Assembly (NCBI RefSeq): GCF_006345805.1
Contig: NC_043002.1
Location: forward strand, 94,054,001-94,118,000
Direction of reading: 5' to 3'
Origin: Octopus sinensis
Taxonomy: Eukaryota
DNA length: 64,000 bases
Positions 24,390 to 37,183 of this stretch are shown here, piece by piece. Position numbers and translations under genes: made by a program. The notes beneath the pieces were generated by a model. It saw only the letters and a list, made by a program, of their open reading frames with translations, was not told where the DNA came from and ran no database searches. Every line of letters begins with the position of its first letter. Position 1 is the stretch's first letter.

Positions 24390-25104
24390 TATTTACTATA
24401 AGGGAAAATAAAAAAAAATTTTTTTCAAGAATATTGAAATATATCAGTTATAAGAGAGAAACTAAATACGAGCTTCAACAGACAACGTCTGTAATGGAGG
24501 CTGTAAGAAATGTTTTTCAGACTAACGACCAAACAACTTTGTTTTAACAAAAGTTTCAGTAGGGATGGAAAGTTAAATTATTATGAACAAACGTACATCC
24601 TGAAAAGATAAAACACATGTCAAAAGAAACGTTCAGATGAAATTGAATTTTTGTAAACAATGACACATGAAAGCTAGATTTGTCTTCTATTTTCCTGTTG
24701 CAGGAAATAAGGCAAGTAGTGTTGATTACGAAGCAGTGAAAGAATTAAATTTCGACAAAAACACAGGAGTGTTTGTTTACATCAATCTTTTGCACCATAA
24801 CTTAGTTCATAGAAAATTAAAATCCAGTATGTTTTGCTGACCACGGTTCGAAGGACAATCTGATATTGGTGGGGAGAATGATTGTTATTTTTGAGTTATT
24901 TAAAAATATATCAACAGAAGGTTTACAGGTGAACGCTAATTATACATCAAAAGTCTGATAGATAATGAAGTTTAATGAAGAACAAAGGTGAGGATGTTTC
25001 TTAAGTTGTATTTTGTTTCTTTGTTACTTATCAAAAAACAAAACAAATAAAATAATTTAAATTTACTTTTGATGATTAAACAAAAGAAACTTTTATTATT
25101 TTGC

Positions 25105-25310
25105 TTGTAAGACAAGGCGTCGAGTTGACAGAATCGTTAGCATGGAAGACAAAATGCTTAGTTGCATTTCTTCGGGCTCATTTTTTTCGGAATTCGTCTT
25201 TCCTTTTCATCATTTCGGGGTCGATAAAATAAGTGCCAGTTGAGTACTGGGGTCAAGTAATCAACAAGTCCTCTACCCCCAAAATACAGGTCTTGAGCCT
25301 AAAGTAGAAA
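25105..25310 (+). mobile_element. SINE family A variant, diverged
   Basis: aaggcgtcgagttgacagaatcgttagc...tttcggggtcgataaaataagtgccag. Confidence 0.7.
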
Positions 25311-25588
25311 TATCATTTTCTTGTAAGTGGTGTGATATCAGATGGAAAATGAGTCGAGTACATTACAAAATGTCTTGTTTTGAATCCATATTCTATTGTC
25401 GCTAACTTTGCTTTTCATGCTTCTGGTATCAATCAAATATCTATTAGTTACTAGACTCAATATAACTGTTCCGCGCCACCACCACACTTCCAAATTTGTA
25501 AACTTTGAGTCGATGTTAGTAATTAATTTTAGGTTATCTTCAATAATCTCATGACAAGTTTGAGGTTACAACGCTGTTTGTGTCATGG

Positions 25589-26542
25589 CTACTTCTGCAG
25601 ACAAGTCAGGAAAATCTGACGGAAGCGACTGTTTAATAATCCATAGACAATGGGGTTTAATGCACCGTTAAAGTACCACATTCGATAGCCCAGTTGTCTC
25701 AAAGATTCCATAACTTCTGTAAGTTTTACATCACTTTGTGGATAAGCAACTGTGAAAATTAGGCTAGGGATGAAACTGAATGCAAATAAGAACGTAATGC
25801 ATATAAGAATTTTGTTTGTTTGTCTAATCTTTTTATAGGCTGTTAAGTTTTGATGGTGCTCGTTCATGTTATTCAAATTTAGACTTACTATATAGTTCGC
25901 ATGCTTCTTAGCTGCCTTCCAAATGCGGTAATATAATAGAAGCATTATTATCAAAATGATTAAGTCAATTATCAGGTATATTAAGAAATAAGTTTGAAAA
26001 AATTTCTCATAAGCAGGTTTGAACATACAGACCTCAACAACTAAATTTGGTGAAATAGGAATCGCTAGTTTATCGAAGAACACTGCACCGAAAAACGCAA
26101 TTACAATGGAAAGGAAACCAATTATCACAGCCGTTATTTTAGCTTGTCGAACCGAAAGTTGTTGCTTATCATGACGGCAAACTATATTATATCTCTCCAC
26201 TGCTATCACAAACAAGGTTATAGCCGAAGTAATGCTACTGTAAAATATTAAAAATTTTTCTAGTTTACAAAGAATTCTGTTGGGATACATCACAGGATAA
26301 CACGAGCCGACTATTTCTAGGGGTATTCCGAAAAAGCAGCCAATCATGTCAAAAGCAGCCAAAGAAATTAGAAAAATATGAACAGGTAGTTTCTGAAAAC
26401 GAAAGCCATAAATGTACAAAGCTGTAGCATTGCCGAATACACCAATAGGCATCAAAATAGAGACAAGAATAATTGATGGTAGCATAATAAGAAATATGCT
26501 TGAATTAATATCTTCGATTGTGGTGGTATTACTATAATTCAT
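25589..26542 (-). CDS. Orphan class A GPCR, copy 2, 317 aa
   Basis: GN, LAAFD, C...AVERY, SFIP, NPIVY; close paralog of copies 3 and 4. Confidence 0.93.
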   Translation of the reverse strand: MNYSNTTTIEDINSSIFLIMLPSIILVSILMPIGVFGNATALYIYGFRFQKLPVHIFLISLAAFDMIGCFFGIPLEIVGSCYPVMYPNRILCKLEKFLIFYSSITSAITLFVIAVERYNIVCRHDKQQLSVRQAKITAVIIGFLSIVIAFFGAVFFDKLAIPISPNLVVEVCMFKPAYEKFFQTYFLIYLIIDLIILIIMLLLYYRIWKAAKKHANYIVSLNLNNMNEHHQNLTAYKKIRQTNKILICITFLFAFSFIPSLIFTVAYPQSDVKLTEVMESLRQLGYRMWYFNGALNPIVYGLLNSRFRQIFLTCLQK

Positions 26543-26832
26543 TTTGTTTTATTTTACGTTTTCTTTCTTTTACAAATTTCCAACCGGAATATATTTACCT
26601 TCCACATATATTTGATATCCTTTAGGAGGCTTTTTTTTTCGCACGTGGTAGTTGAATGTCTTACAATTACATTTGATTATGTAACTTTTGTCTAAAAAGA
26701 GTCCACCAATGATTCAAATACGAACGTTAAAAGTCAATGTAAAGTTTTATGCATTTTACTCAGTAATGTCATCAGTCGATTTTTATCTAAGTAGAAGGAA
26801 AACGTCCTTACATTGTTAAGGGCAACAGATAT

Positions 26833-27060
26833 CTGAATTGTAAATGTAATAATAATAAACAGAATAACAATGGGTCCTGGATATGAAAGATAAGCGGAAA
26901 AAAAAAACCCGGAAGGAAATCGGAAATGTATAAGTGTTTATAATCATGTCACGGGAATGGTGAAGCTAGTCGTATCTTGAATAAAGCTAAACCAAGAAAC
27001 CTGAAGTGATTTGCGATCTGTACCCCTCGGTTAAGCAAATACCGGACCGTGATTACTTAC
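26833..27060 (-). other. Predicted 5'-UTR intron of GPCR copy 2 (paralogous introns at 33374-33560 and 49574-49789)
   Basis: Minus-strand GTAAGT donor and AATTCAG acceptor at equivalent positions upstream of copies 2, 3 and 4. Confidence 0.6.
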
Positions 27061-28436
27061 ATTGTGTCTATAGAGAACATAAATAAATTCGCCATTGTTC
27101 TCTCTATTCTTTAAGTAGGCCTTGGTGAAGAGACTGTAAGCAAGACCATAGCAAACCCTCTGAGACCTGTTTGAGTGGCACCCTTAACTTTCCGCTGAAA
27201 CACTTACAAGTCATGAACTTGCATTAAATGAAAAAAATTAAATGAAAAAAAAAAATCTTACCCTCCCTCTTGCCTCTTTCGTTGTACTCTTCACAATGAG
27301 AGAAAAGTCAAGCACCGCAAGTAGATGTGTGAAAAACGAAATTTGAATTTTGAAAAAGTCTATCTATAAAGCGACATTTTGAATAATTTATTTTAAACTT
27401 TATCTGCTAACTCATCAATTATTCAGTTATTTGGAACAGATGGGTTTTGAGATTTAAATTAGGTAATTTTTTAAGATTTTAGTTCTTGTGTATAAGGGGC
27501 CCACCGAACTTGAAGTGCCCCAGGATCTCACTCCCTGGTTTAAATCCGGTTGGGGGCACACTCGTGTGGGCATGATCGAACGTCTTAGTGAGGGACTAAA
27601 GGGAAATGGTAAATTTTTTTCGTTAAAATATTAGGTGGGAAATATGCGAACGATATAAAGTAATTAGTAGTATTACTATTATTACTATATTATTACTTAT
27701 TAGTTATTTCTGGGATGACTAAATATAAGCATCTGTGGCGTTTCTAACTAGAGGTGAAGAGGACCCATTCCCTGTCAGCAAAGAGATCTGCTTTATTGTA
27801 CACATCAATATCTCTATATCTAGTTTTACTTGGGTTTTGCTTTCTCCATAAATTTTGTCTCACCACCCCAGCATTCTTAATACTGGATCTGCACCTGTAA
27901 TTGTTTTAGATTTGAACGAAGAAAGGAAATGTTTGTTGAAGACAGAGGAAATGTTTATTCACAGAGACGTATAATAAATAGAATGAGCAATGAAATAAAC
28001 TTTACAATTTCGGACATGAGTTCTTATACTCATCAATAAAAAGTCAAAAAGCGGTGATGTATGTTGGCAATAGAAAAATGTTTGGGACATAAGAAAGAAA
28101 CGAAGTTTGCGAAACTAAAGAAACTAAGAAAAAGAATTGCAATGAAAACAGATCTGGCAATGGAAATGAGAATCGCAGCAGAGGAGAAGCAGGGTTAGTG
28201 GAGAAAAAAAAAAAAAAAAAAAGAATAAAAATCTCTCTTTCATCGTTTACTCGCTTCAGTCACTGGATTTCGCCCATGCTTGGACATCGCCTTAAAGGAT
28301 TGAGTCGATCAAATCGGCCTTGGTTTATAAAAGCCTGACGTTCATTCTGTTTGTCTCTTTGTTGTATCGTTAGGCTATGGAGACAAAACAAACCAACACC
28401 GGTTGTCAAGCGGTAGTGGGAGACAAACACAAGCTC

Positions 28437-28472
<36 letters not shown>

Positions 28473-28479
28473 ATATATA

Positions 28480-28575
28480 AATTTTTGTTTCAGTTTCTAT
28501 CTATCAGATCCATTCACATGGCTTCGGTCGGCCCAAGGCTATTGTAGAAGATGTCGCGCAATGACCACAGCTGAG
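28480..28575 (-). mobile_element. SINE family B head, decayed
   Basis: cagtttctatctatcagatccattcacatggcttcggtcggcccaaggctattgtagaagat. Confidence 0.6.
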
Positions 28576-28977
28576 CAAAATTCAAACCGAATAAAAGATA
28601 TCGAAACAAAAATAATAAAAAAATAAATAAAAATAAAAGAAAGAAAGAAAGAAAGAAAGAAGAAAGAGTAAAAAACAAATAAAAAGAAATTCTGGAAATA
28701 TGTAGATTGTTGGAGGAAATAAAATTGAAATAAAGGTAAATATAAATATAAAACTGACGAATAAAGAATATTTATGACATAACATGAATAACGTTGTATA
28801 TGTTATGATAATATGCATATATATATATATATTATATATATATCAGCCGAAATTGCGAGGATGATCCGGTTCTTGACTGAAGATTAGAGGCTTCGAATGA
28901 CCCGTCCTTTTTTTGTGTCGTCTATTTGAGTGTCTTGCGTTCTTGTCCCATTTTGTATTTTTATATATATATATTTT

Positions 28978-29024
<47 letters not shown>

Positions 29025-29459
29025 TACATTTATACATACATACACACATATACATACATGCATGCATGCATCCATACATATATGCATATATACATTTGAG
29101 GTTACATAAATCATATAACCTGTCTGGCAAGCTTGTGTGTGTGTATATATATATATTATAATAATTAATTCTTAGGTTAACAGCGGAAAATAACGATACA
29201 AATTACGCACACGCACATACATATGTAGTGTGTATGTGTGTGCCTTTGTGTGTGCGCATGCTGCGTGAATTTTTTTAATGTATATATATATGTACGTATG
29301 TATGTATATATGTATGTAGTAAATATTAGTTATATAATAAAAGGAAGATTGCGGGGGTAAAGAAACCGTAGTGGGAGTAATTTAAGAAACCGCGATAACT
29401 AGAGCAGGAGAAAGAAAATAGAATATAGAAGCAAAAATGGAGTTAAAGCAAGAAGTATA

Positions 29460-29855
29460 TCTTTATATATAAAAGTGAAGTTGTGTGTCTGTCTCCTACG
29501 ATTTAGATTCCTAACTACTCCCACATTTTGCGGTGCAGTGTAACCAAAAGCGGGTATCTTATAGTCGTGATTCATATCGAGCCCTTCTGGGTATTAGCGC
29601 GCATCTACGATGAGTCTACGATTAAAAAAAAAAATTACCATTATTTTTTCCCATTTTTAATGCATTTTTTTGCTATTATATAAGGGAAGTACTCTCTAAA
29701 AATGTATTATTAAATCTCAGAACGTAAAAAGCTACAGTAACCCCCCCCCCTTTGTGGTTAGCTATATTGAGATGGCTATTATACTTTACATCTCTAAAAA
29801 TGCTTATATAGTTATTTCCCTTACAAACTCGAGCAACGCCGGGCGATACTGCTAG
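29460..29855 (+). mobile_element. Non-autonomous Helitron-like element
   Basis: A|TC...hairpin...CTAG|T. Confidence 0.85.
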
Positions 29856-30145
29856 TTACTTATAAAAGATAAAAAAAAATTAAGACTTAATATATTTAAA
29901 ATATAAGGGTTAATTGTATATGGTGAGCTACGATAAGGACTCAACGCTTATAAGAAGCAAACATATTGGATTCCCAAAACCCCTTTGTTTACCCGAAGGA
30001 ATTAAATTTTTTACGACGATTAAATAATTGGAAATTAAATAAATGAATTTCATGTTTCTGAGGTATTTAATAAGGGATTTAATAAGGAGTACAGGATTTT
30101 GATTTTAAATTTGAAATAGCGAAAGTTTAATGATTTGATAAAACT

Positions 30146-30574
30146 GGATCTTTTCGGTTTGAACGGCAGTTTTTTCTAGCGGTGTCATATGAAATTGTCA
30201 CCCATAATTATGACCCTAGTATCGATCTATTGCATTTCAATCTGTTTTAGGGTTAGGGTTAGTTAGGGTTAGGAGTGGGGGGAAGGGTATCTTTTTTTCT
30301 TCACAAATGTAAATAAACCCAATCTGTTTCTTCAACAAGGGACATATTCATACGGCACAGAATGTTTTTTTTACCTCAATAGACGTCACTGATGGTTGAA
30401 ATTGCAGAAATTGAAGAAAAAAAAACAATAAATATCTTACAAACTATAGAATTTTCTCAATAAAGCCAAGAGAAAAAGATGTTTTATAAACACATTGTAC
30501 CAGTATACAAAGTTAAAAATATTTTAGTTACCTAGAAATTATGTTAAAAACTGCCGTTCAAACCGAAAAGATCC
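30146..30574. mobile_element. GGATC-TIR MITE, second copy, inverted relative to 17711-18163
   Basis: Same TIRs; TSD ATAAAACT at 30138-30145 and 30575-30582; internal (TTAGGG)n. Confidence 0.9.
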
Positions 30575-30733
30575 ATAAAACTTAACGGAGGCTTATCCGT
30601 TTTTCTGGGTATTAAAACGTATTCCCGCGCTGACTGACGCTGTTCCTGATATAGCTGGCTGTCAAATCAATGTAAGAAAGAGGTGTTCTATTGTTATCGA
30701 TTGTGTTAGAAACGGCTAATACTATTCCCTGAT

Positions 30734-30955
30734 TACGAGGGGATACTGAAAATTTCCTGGCTTTATGGGTATCACGAAAGGCCTTGCTGGAGGCCCAACC
30801 TTCCGAGTTCTTTAACAGGGCTTAGAAAAAAACTGAAGGACCTCTGCTATAAGTGTGTGAATCTGAGAGGGGAATATGTTGGATAGAATCATAACTAACC
30901 GATCCTCCAGTATTTTCTGTTACCCCAAGCCACGAACATTTCGGCACCCGTTCGT
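30734..30955 (+). mobile_element. Mariner-derived MITE
   Basis: tacgaggggg...cacccgttcgta ends; internal homology to 22561-22761. Confidence 0.6.
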
Positions 30956-30969
30956 AAGTGTTTAATAGT

Positions 30970-30971
30970 AC

Positions 30972-31007
<36 letters not shown>

Positions 31008-31290
31008 ACACACACACACACACACACAACATACACACACACACACACACACCACACACACACTAACACACACACCACACTACACACACACACACATACA
31101 CACACACACACACACACACTAACACACACACACACACACTAACACACACACACACACACACTACACACACACACACGCACACACACACACACACACACAA
31201 CACACCACACACACACACACACGCACATACGCAAGCACGCCCACCCGCACACGTTCATATACATATACACACACACAAACATATTTGTAT
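30970..31290. repeat. (CA)n microsatellite
   Basis: Read directly. Confidence 0.95.
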
Positions 31291-31673
31291 ATGTATATTT
31301 GATTGGAATGCAATTGATTGCAGATAGTTGTGCTCGGAAAAAAACAAAAAAAAAACAAACAAAACACAAACAAAACAAATTCCCCACCCCCAAAAACAAA
31401 ACAAAAACAAAAAAAAAAGTTGAAGTATCAATTACCTGTATTAGCAATTAATGAAATACTCAAATATTCGAAAACAGATTAAAGGAAAAATTATATATTA
31501 ACAGTTTTTCAATCGCATACCACATTTAACGCGCGGGTTTGTATTTATGTAAATGTATTTTATCAATCAGTTCGATATTGAAACAATTGTCAAACCACAA
31601 ACAACCGAAAGCAAATGCATCTGATCTTACAGCTTCTTAACAAGGAAAGGTTTTCATAATCTTTTGCTTCTGT

Positions 31674-32669
31674 TTATTGTGATGCACCTGAAGATACGAT
31701 GCTGTTATTTTGCAGACAATTTAGGAAAATCTGACGAAAGCGGCTGTTTAATAGTCCGTAGACAATAGGGTTCATTGCACCGTTAAAAATCCACATTCGA
31801 AAGCCTATTTGTCTCAAAGATTCCACAAATACTGGAATATCCGCCTCGTATCTCGGTGGATAAATAATTCCGAGGAGTAGACCAGGGATTAAGCTGATAA
31901 CAAATAAGACCGTAATGCACAGCAGAATTTTATTGGTTTGTCTAATCTTTGTGTATGTTTTTAAGTTTTTTTGGTGGGCATCCGCATCCCCGAAATTTCG
32001 ACTTTCCGTATAGATAGCACGTGTATAATGCTTTTTAGCTACCTTCCAAATGCGATAATATAATAGAAACATTATTGCCAAAATGATTATGTCGATTAAA
32101 AGTGATATCAGAAAATAACTTTTAAAAATTTTATCATAACGAGATGTATAAACACACATCTCAACGTTTAAATTTGACGAAATCGGAATTTTCATTTTAT
32201 CGAAAAACAAAACACCGGGTAAGGCAACTACGATGCACAGGAAACCAATTATCACAGATATTATTTTAGCTTGACGAACCGAAAGTTGCTGTTTATCATG
32301 GCGACAAACTTTGTTATATCTCTCCACTGCTATCACAAACAATGTGGAAGTTGAGGTACTGATGCTGTAGTATATTAAGAATCTTTCCAGCTTGCAAAGA
32401 ATTCGGTTGGGATACATCAAAGGATACAATAATTCGACCATTTCTAGAGGTATTCCGAAAAGGCAACCAATCATATCAAAAACAGCTAAACAAATTAGGA
32501 AAATATGAACTGGTAATTTCTGGAAACGAAAACCATAGATGTACATGGCTGTAGCATTGCCGAATACACCAACAGGCATCAAAATAGAGATGAGAATAAA
32601 CGCTGGTCTCATAGCAGCAAATGTGTCTCGATTAATATCCTCGATTGTGGTAGTATTGCTATAATTCAT
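31674..32669 (-). CDS. Orphan class A GPCR, copy 3, 331 aa
   Basis: GN, LAVFD, C...AVERY, SLIP, NPIVY; intact ORF. Confidence 0.93.
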   Translation of the reverse strand: MNYSNTTTIEDINRDTFAAMRPAFILISILMPVGVFGNATAMYIYGFRFQKLPVHIFLICLAVFDMIGCLFGIPLEMVELLYPLMYPNRILCKLERFLIYYSISTSTSTLFVIAVERYNKVCRHDKQQLSVRQAKIISVIIGFLCIVVALPGVLFFDKMKIPISSNLNVEMCVYTSRYDKIFKSYFLISLLIDIIILAIMFLLYYRIWKVAKKHYTRAIYTESRNFGDADAHQKNLKTYTKIRQTNKILLCITVLFVISLIPGLLLGIIYPPRYEADIPVFVESLRQIGFRMWIFNGAMNPIVYGLLNSRFRQIFLNCLQNNSIVSSGASQ

Positions 32670-32889
32670 TTTATTTTAATGTTTGTTTTTTGCTTATGAA
32701 TTCCTTGTTGCAATATATTCACTTTCCACATAAATATATCCTTGTGGAGAGTATTTTTTCGCTAGCGATATTCATTTGGTTTACAATTACATTTAATTAC
32801 GCACCTTTTAGTCTTAAAAGAGTCCTTCAATTATTCAAATACGAACGTTAGAAGTTAAAATAACGTTTTTGTATATTTCACACTGCAAT

Positions 32890-33285
32890 TAGCGCGCCGG
32901 GAGAAATGCTTAGCGGTATTTCGTCTGTCGTTACGTTCTGAGTTCAAATTCCGCCGAGGTCGACTTTGCCTTTCATCCTTTCGGGGTCGATAAATTCAGT
33001 ACCAGTTACGCACTGGGGACGATTTAATCGACTTAATACCTATGTCTGTCCTTGTTTGTCCCCTCTGTGTTTAGCCCCTTGTGGGTAATAAAGAAATAGG
33101 TATTTCGTCTGTCGTTACGTTCTGAGTTCAAATTCCGCCGAGGTCGACTTTGCCTTTCGTCCTTTCGGGGACGATAAATAAAGTACCAGTTTCGCACTGG
33201 GATCGATGTAATCGACTTAATCCCTTTGTCAGTCCTTGTTTGTCCCCTCTGTGTTTAGCGCCTTGTGGGCAGTAGTAAAGAAATA
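32890..33285 (+). mobile_element. SINE family A head-to-tail dimer inside one TSD
   Basis: Junction AAGAAATA|GGTATTTCGTC at about 33098. TSD tatatttYacactgcaat at 32872-32889 and 33286-33303. Confidence 0.88.
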
Positions 33286-34625
33286 TATATTTTACACTGC
33301 AATGTTATCAGTCGAAAATATTCACTTAAACAGATGAAAATATGCCTTGATATTTGTCAAGACCGACGTATATCTGAATTATAAAGATAAAAAAAACACT
33401 AAAGCAAAGAACAAGTTATGGGTGTGAGAAATAAACAAGATACAAAAGGAAAACGGAAATATACAAAAAATATACAAGTGCTGTATATTATTAGCTGTGT
33501 CGTGAATAAAGCTTCATCAGGAAATCTCAATCTCTATTCTCCAAGACATTGTTTATTTACATAGTGTGTTTATAAAAAAACGTCAATAAATTTCTCATGG
33601 CAAGGTGGCTGAAAAGGCGGCGAGCTGCGAGAATACCTAGTGCAAATTCTTAACGGCGTTTCTTCCGACTTTTTATCTTCTAAGTTCAAATCCCATCAAA
33701 ATGAACTTTACCTTTCATCCTTTCGAAGTCGATAAAATAAACTCCTAGTCAAGTACTGGGGGCGATATCATCGATTACCTACTTATTCTAAATTTTCTAG
33801 CCTTGAACCCAAAATTGAAACAATTATTTAGCTTGACTGAGGGGGTGGGGTAAGGGTCTGTAAGCAAAGCCATCGCAAACCCCACGAGAACTGTTTGACT
33901 GATGCCGGTAACTTTTCGCTAAAACTTTTACAAATCGTCGAAAGAAGAAAAGCCACGTCGAGAACGGAATAACAGAATACCATCGTTCCTTAGCGGAAGG
34001 ACTTGGAGTGGTGGTCAGTGCTGCGTTTGGACAGTTGGATACCATATGGTTTGCGGGAAGAGAAGTGATGGTGTGAAGGTAGTACGAGACCACATGAGTA
34101 GCGCTAGCAAGAGACACAAAATTTTAGGCTAAAAGTTGAGCGACTAGGATATGTGTATGAATGTAAAGAGATATTCACATCATCAGGACAGCTGACCTCC
34201 ATGACGGTCCATACTTTTTCTTGTCTGCCCCAACTAACAATACTCAGCCTATTATACTCTTTTACCTGTTTCAGTCATTTGACTGTGGCCATGCTGGAGC
34301 ACCGCCTTTAAATTATGTTTACACTTGATAATTATTTTGATGGGAATGTTCCATCAGCATTTCTTTTGTTGGTGATTGTGCATATATTCAATAATAGGGT
34401 GGGGTGGATTCTCTAAATTTATTCCAGGACAGCCTTTTTTCCGGATGACATTGCAACATTGTTTTTGCGACAGCGTCATGTCGCATACGTAGATAGCTCC
34501 TTGATGACATCTTTAGGCACCTGCTAATCACGTGTGATGTCTTCCACAGAAATATGACATAATCTACATTTTCGTTTGCATCAAGGTACTCCAGAGGCTT
34601 TACTATCTCTTTTGTTTATTAGGTA

Positions 34626-35127
34626 CTAGCAGTATCGCCCGGCGTTGCTCGGGTTTGTAAGGGAAATAACTATATAAGCCTTTTTAGAGAGTTACTTCCC
34701 TTATAGATGCCAATTCGGGCTTTCTTAGCCATTTCTGTTTTGGTGTCTTCAAGCCATGAAATCGTTGTTCTAAAAGAACGCTGGTCTCCTTGACAATGCT
34801 TTACGACATTGATTTCCTTACACTCCCTTCCCCACAGCTTCACGAGGGAGGGAAGAAGGGGGAGAAGCAACACAGGTGCAGATGTGACCATGGACGCCAA
34901 CTCCGCCGCCATCGACACACGAAAAAGTATGCATTAAAATGGAATAAAAAATGATGTTAACTTATTTTTAAAATCGTAGACTCATCGTAGAAGCGCGCTA
35001 ATAGCCAGACGGGCTCGATATGAATCACGACTATAAGATACCCGAATTTGGTTAAACTGCACCGCAAAATGTGGGAGTAGTTAGGAATCTAAATCGAAGG
35101 GGACAGACACTCACACAACTATATAGA
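34626..35127 (-). mobile_element. Helitron-like element, variant carrying about 200 bp of different internal sequence
   Basis: Same CTAG/hairpin end and 5' region as 21997-22395; 34700-34920 is not shared with the other copies. Confidence 0.8.
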
Positions 35128-35239
35128 TTTCGCAGCGATCTCCTGTACTTGGATTGCAAATGCATAACCTTCAAAGTGTGATGTGATGTAGCGGTCACAG
35201 GTTCAAGAGAGTCTGCGCTTCATGCCGATATTATTGCTT

Positions 35240-35471
35240 AGGCGGTGAGCTGGCAGAAACGTTAGCACGCCAGGCAAAATGCGTAGCCGTATTTCGTCTG
35301 ACGTTACGTTTTGAGTTCAAATTCCGCCGAGGTCGACTTTGCCTTTCATCCTTTCGGGGTCGATTAAATAAGTACCAGTTACGCACTGGGGTCGATATAA
35401 TCGACTTAATCCGTTTGTCTGTCCTTGTTTGTCCTCTCTGTGTTTAGCCCCTTGTGGGCAGTAAAGAAATA
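35240..35471 (+). mobile_element. SINE family A, full length
   Basis: Matches the consensus. Confidence 0.9.
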
Positions 35472-36252
35472 GATATTATTGTCTTCTTCAAGTCTTCGTA
35501 AAACGTACTCATGCATAGTCTTTTTTTTAGGTATACCCAGCAGTTCACATTCAAGCCTTTTTTTTTTTTTTAGGTATTCTAGTGCGGCTGTTTTAGGGTT
35601 GTATGGGGATTCATCAGGAAGAGAGTTTTTCATGAGGAGCTCGCTGCCGAGACAGAATATTGTTCTCTTCATTTCCACCACTAAGTCAATCTATCATTTA
35701 TTTTTGCTGTTGTTGTTTAGCAGGTGCTCTCTATAAGACATTTGAAGGTAGTCCTCACTCATCTTAAGCCTGTATCTCCTTTATCTCTTCTAAGATAGAA
35801 CCCATAGATATCACTATTCCTGCGGAGATTTCCAGTTGATGTCAGTATCTCACGGATTTTTACTTTTATGCAGTGGATTTCCATTACAGATCACGATGTA
35901 CCCCAAGTGTTGTAATCAATACTGGTACTGAAAATGAATTTTGGGGTATCTTATTGTAAGAGGAGAGCTCATACTGCCATATGTCTGGCATAATATTCTC
36001 GGGGTCACTCTATTTTTAGTCTCAGTACCTTCGTATATGTTTTCATCAATACAGTTCTATATTCAAGAGATGAGGAATTATGTACACTATTTACATTATT
36101 TACATTTGACGAGTATTTGTCCTCATCTTGTTTGTTGTTAACACAACGTTTCGGCTGATATACCCTCCGGCCTTCATCATTTCGCTAAGCATTTCGCCCG
36201 GCGTGCTAACGTTCTGCCAGCTCGCCGTCTTGAAGAGATCATATTATCATTA

Positions 36253-36590
36253 CATACATACACACATGCATGCATACATACATACATACATACATACATA
36301 CATACAAGCATACACATAGACATACAAGCATACACATAGACATACTACATACATACATACACACACATACACACATGCACACATACATACATACATACAT
36401 ACATACTACATACATACATACATACATACATACATACATACATACATACATACATACGTACGTACATACGACTGCACACGCTCACGAATATATACATATG
36501 TACGTGTACACACACATACGCACGCACGCACACAAGCCCACACGTACACACACGCACAGACAGACAGACACACACACACACACACACACT
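36253..36590. repeat. (TACA)n/(CA)n microsatellites
   Basis: Read directly. Confidence 0.95.
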
Positions 36591-37052
36591 TGACATAAAT
36601 ATACTCATATCTAACGACATCTCAAGTTGCCACTCCTCTTCTTCTACAATTGACAGCATTGAGATTTCCTTCTGTCATTGACATCCTTGTAAATAATGAA
36701 TGAAACAATTGTTCGGCCGAGGGAGCACCTTCGCTGGTAGTCGCATTCGAGAAGAGTACAACTGTCGACGACGAATCTGTAATAAAGATCGTTCCGCCGA
36801 CCTCCCTGAACAGGGAGGAGCGAGCCTGTTTTTTCTCGGTAGTTGCTGTGGCGAAAGAAGTAGTATGGAAGACGAGAGTGAAAGGAATTGCAACAGGCAT
36901 GTTCATCTCCAGTCTCGAGCTAATCGACTTTTTCGTTTTTCACATGAAACGGAAAATAAGGCTGGAGAAGAAATGCTTGTCGCAATGTGTGTTTCGTAAA
37001 AGATGGAAGTCTATAGCAAGTATGTTGTGAGTGAAAGAAACTGTTTAAACGA

Positions 37053-37170
37053 GTTTACGGCCATATCACTTTGAAAACACCGGTTCTCGTCCGATCACCG
37101 AAGTTAAGCAAAGTCGAGCCTAGTTGGTACTTAGATGGGTGACTGTTTGGGAAACCTAGGTGCTGTAAAC
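37053..37170 (+). rRNA. rrn5: 5S rRNA sequence, isolated copy, probably retroposed
   Basis: 118 nt colinear with eukaryotic 5S. Stem I GTTTACGGC/GCTGTAAAC, stem II ACTTTG/CAAAGT, box A AGTTAAGC and box C-like GATGGGTGAC. Followed by T-rich gtctttctgtctt. Confidence 0.92.
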
Positions 37171-37183
37171 GTCTTTCTGTCTT

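Noticed and set aside
36630-37030. GC-richer unique segment with short ORFs (up to 99 aa)
   Set aside because: No recognisable domain, convincing splice sites or repeat ends; left unassigned.
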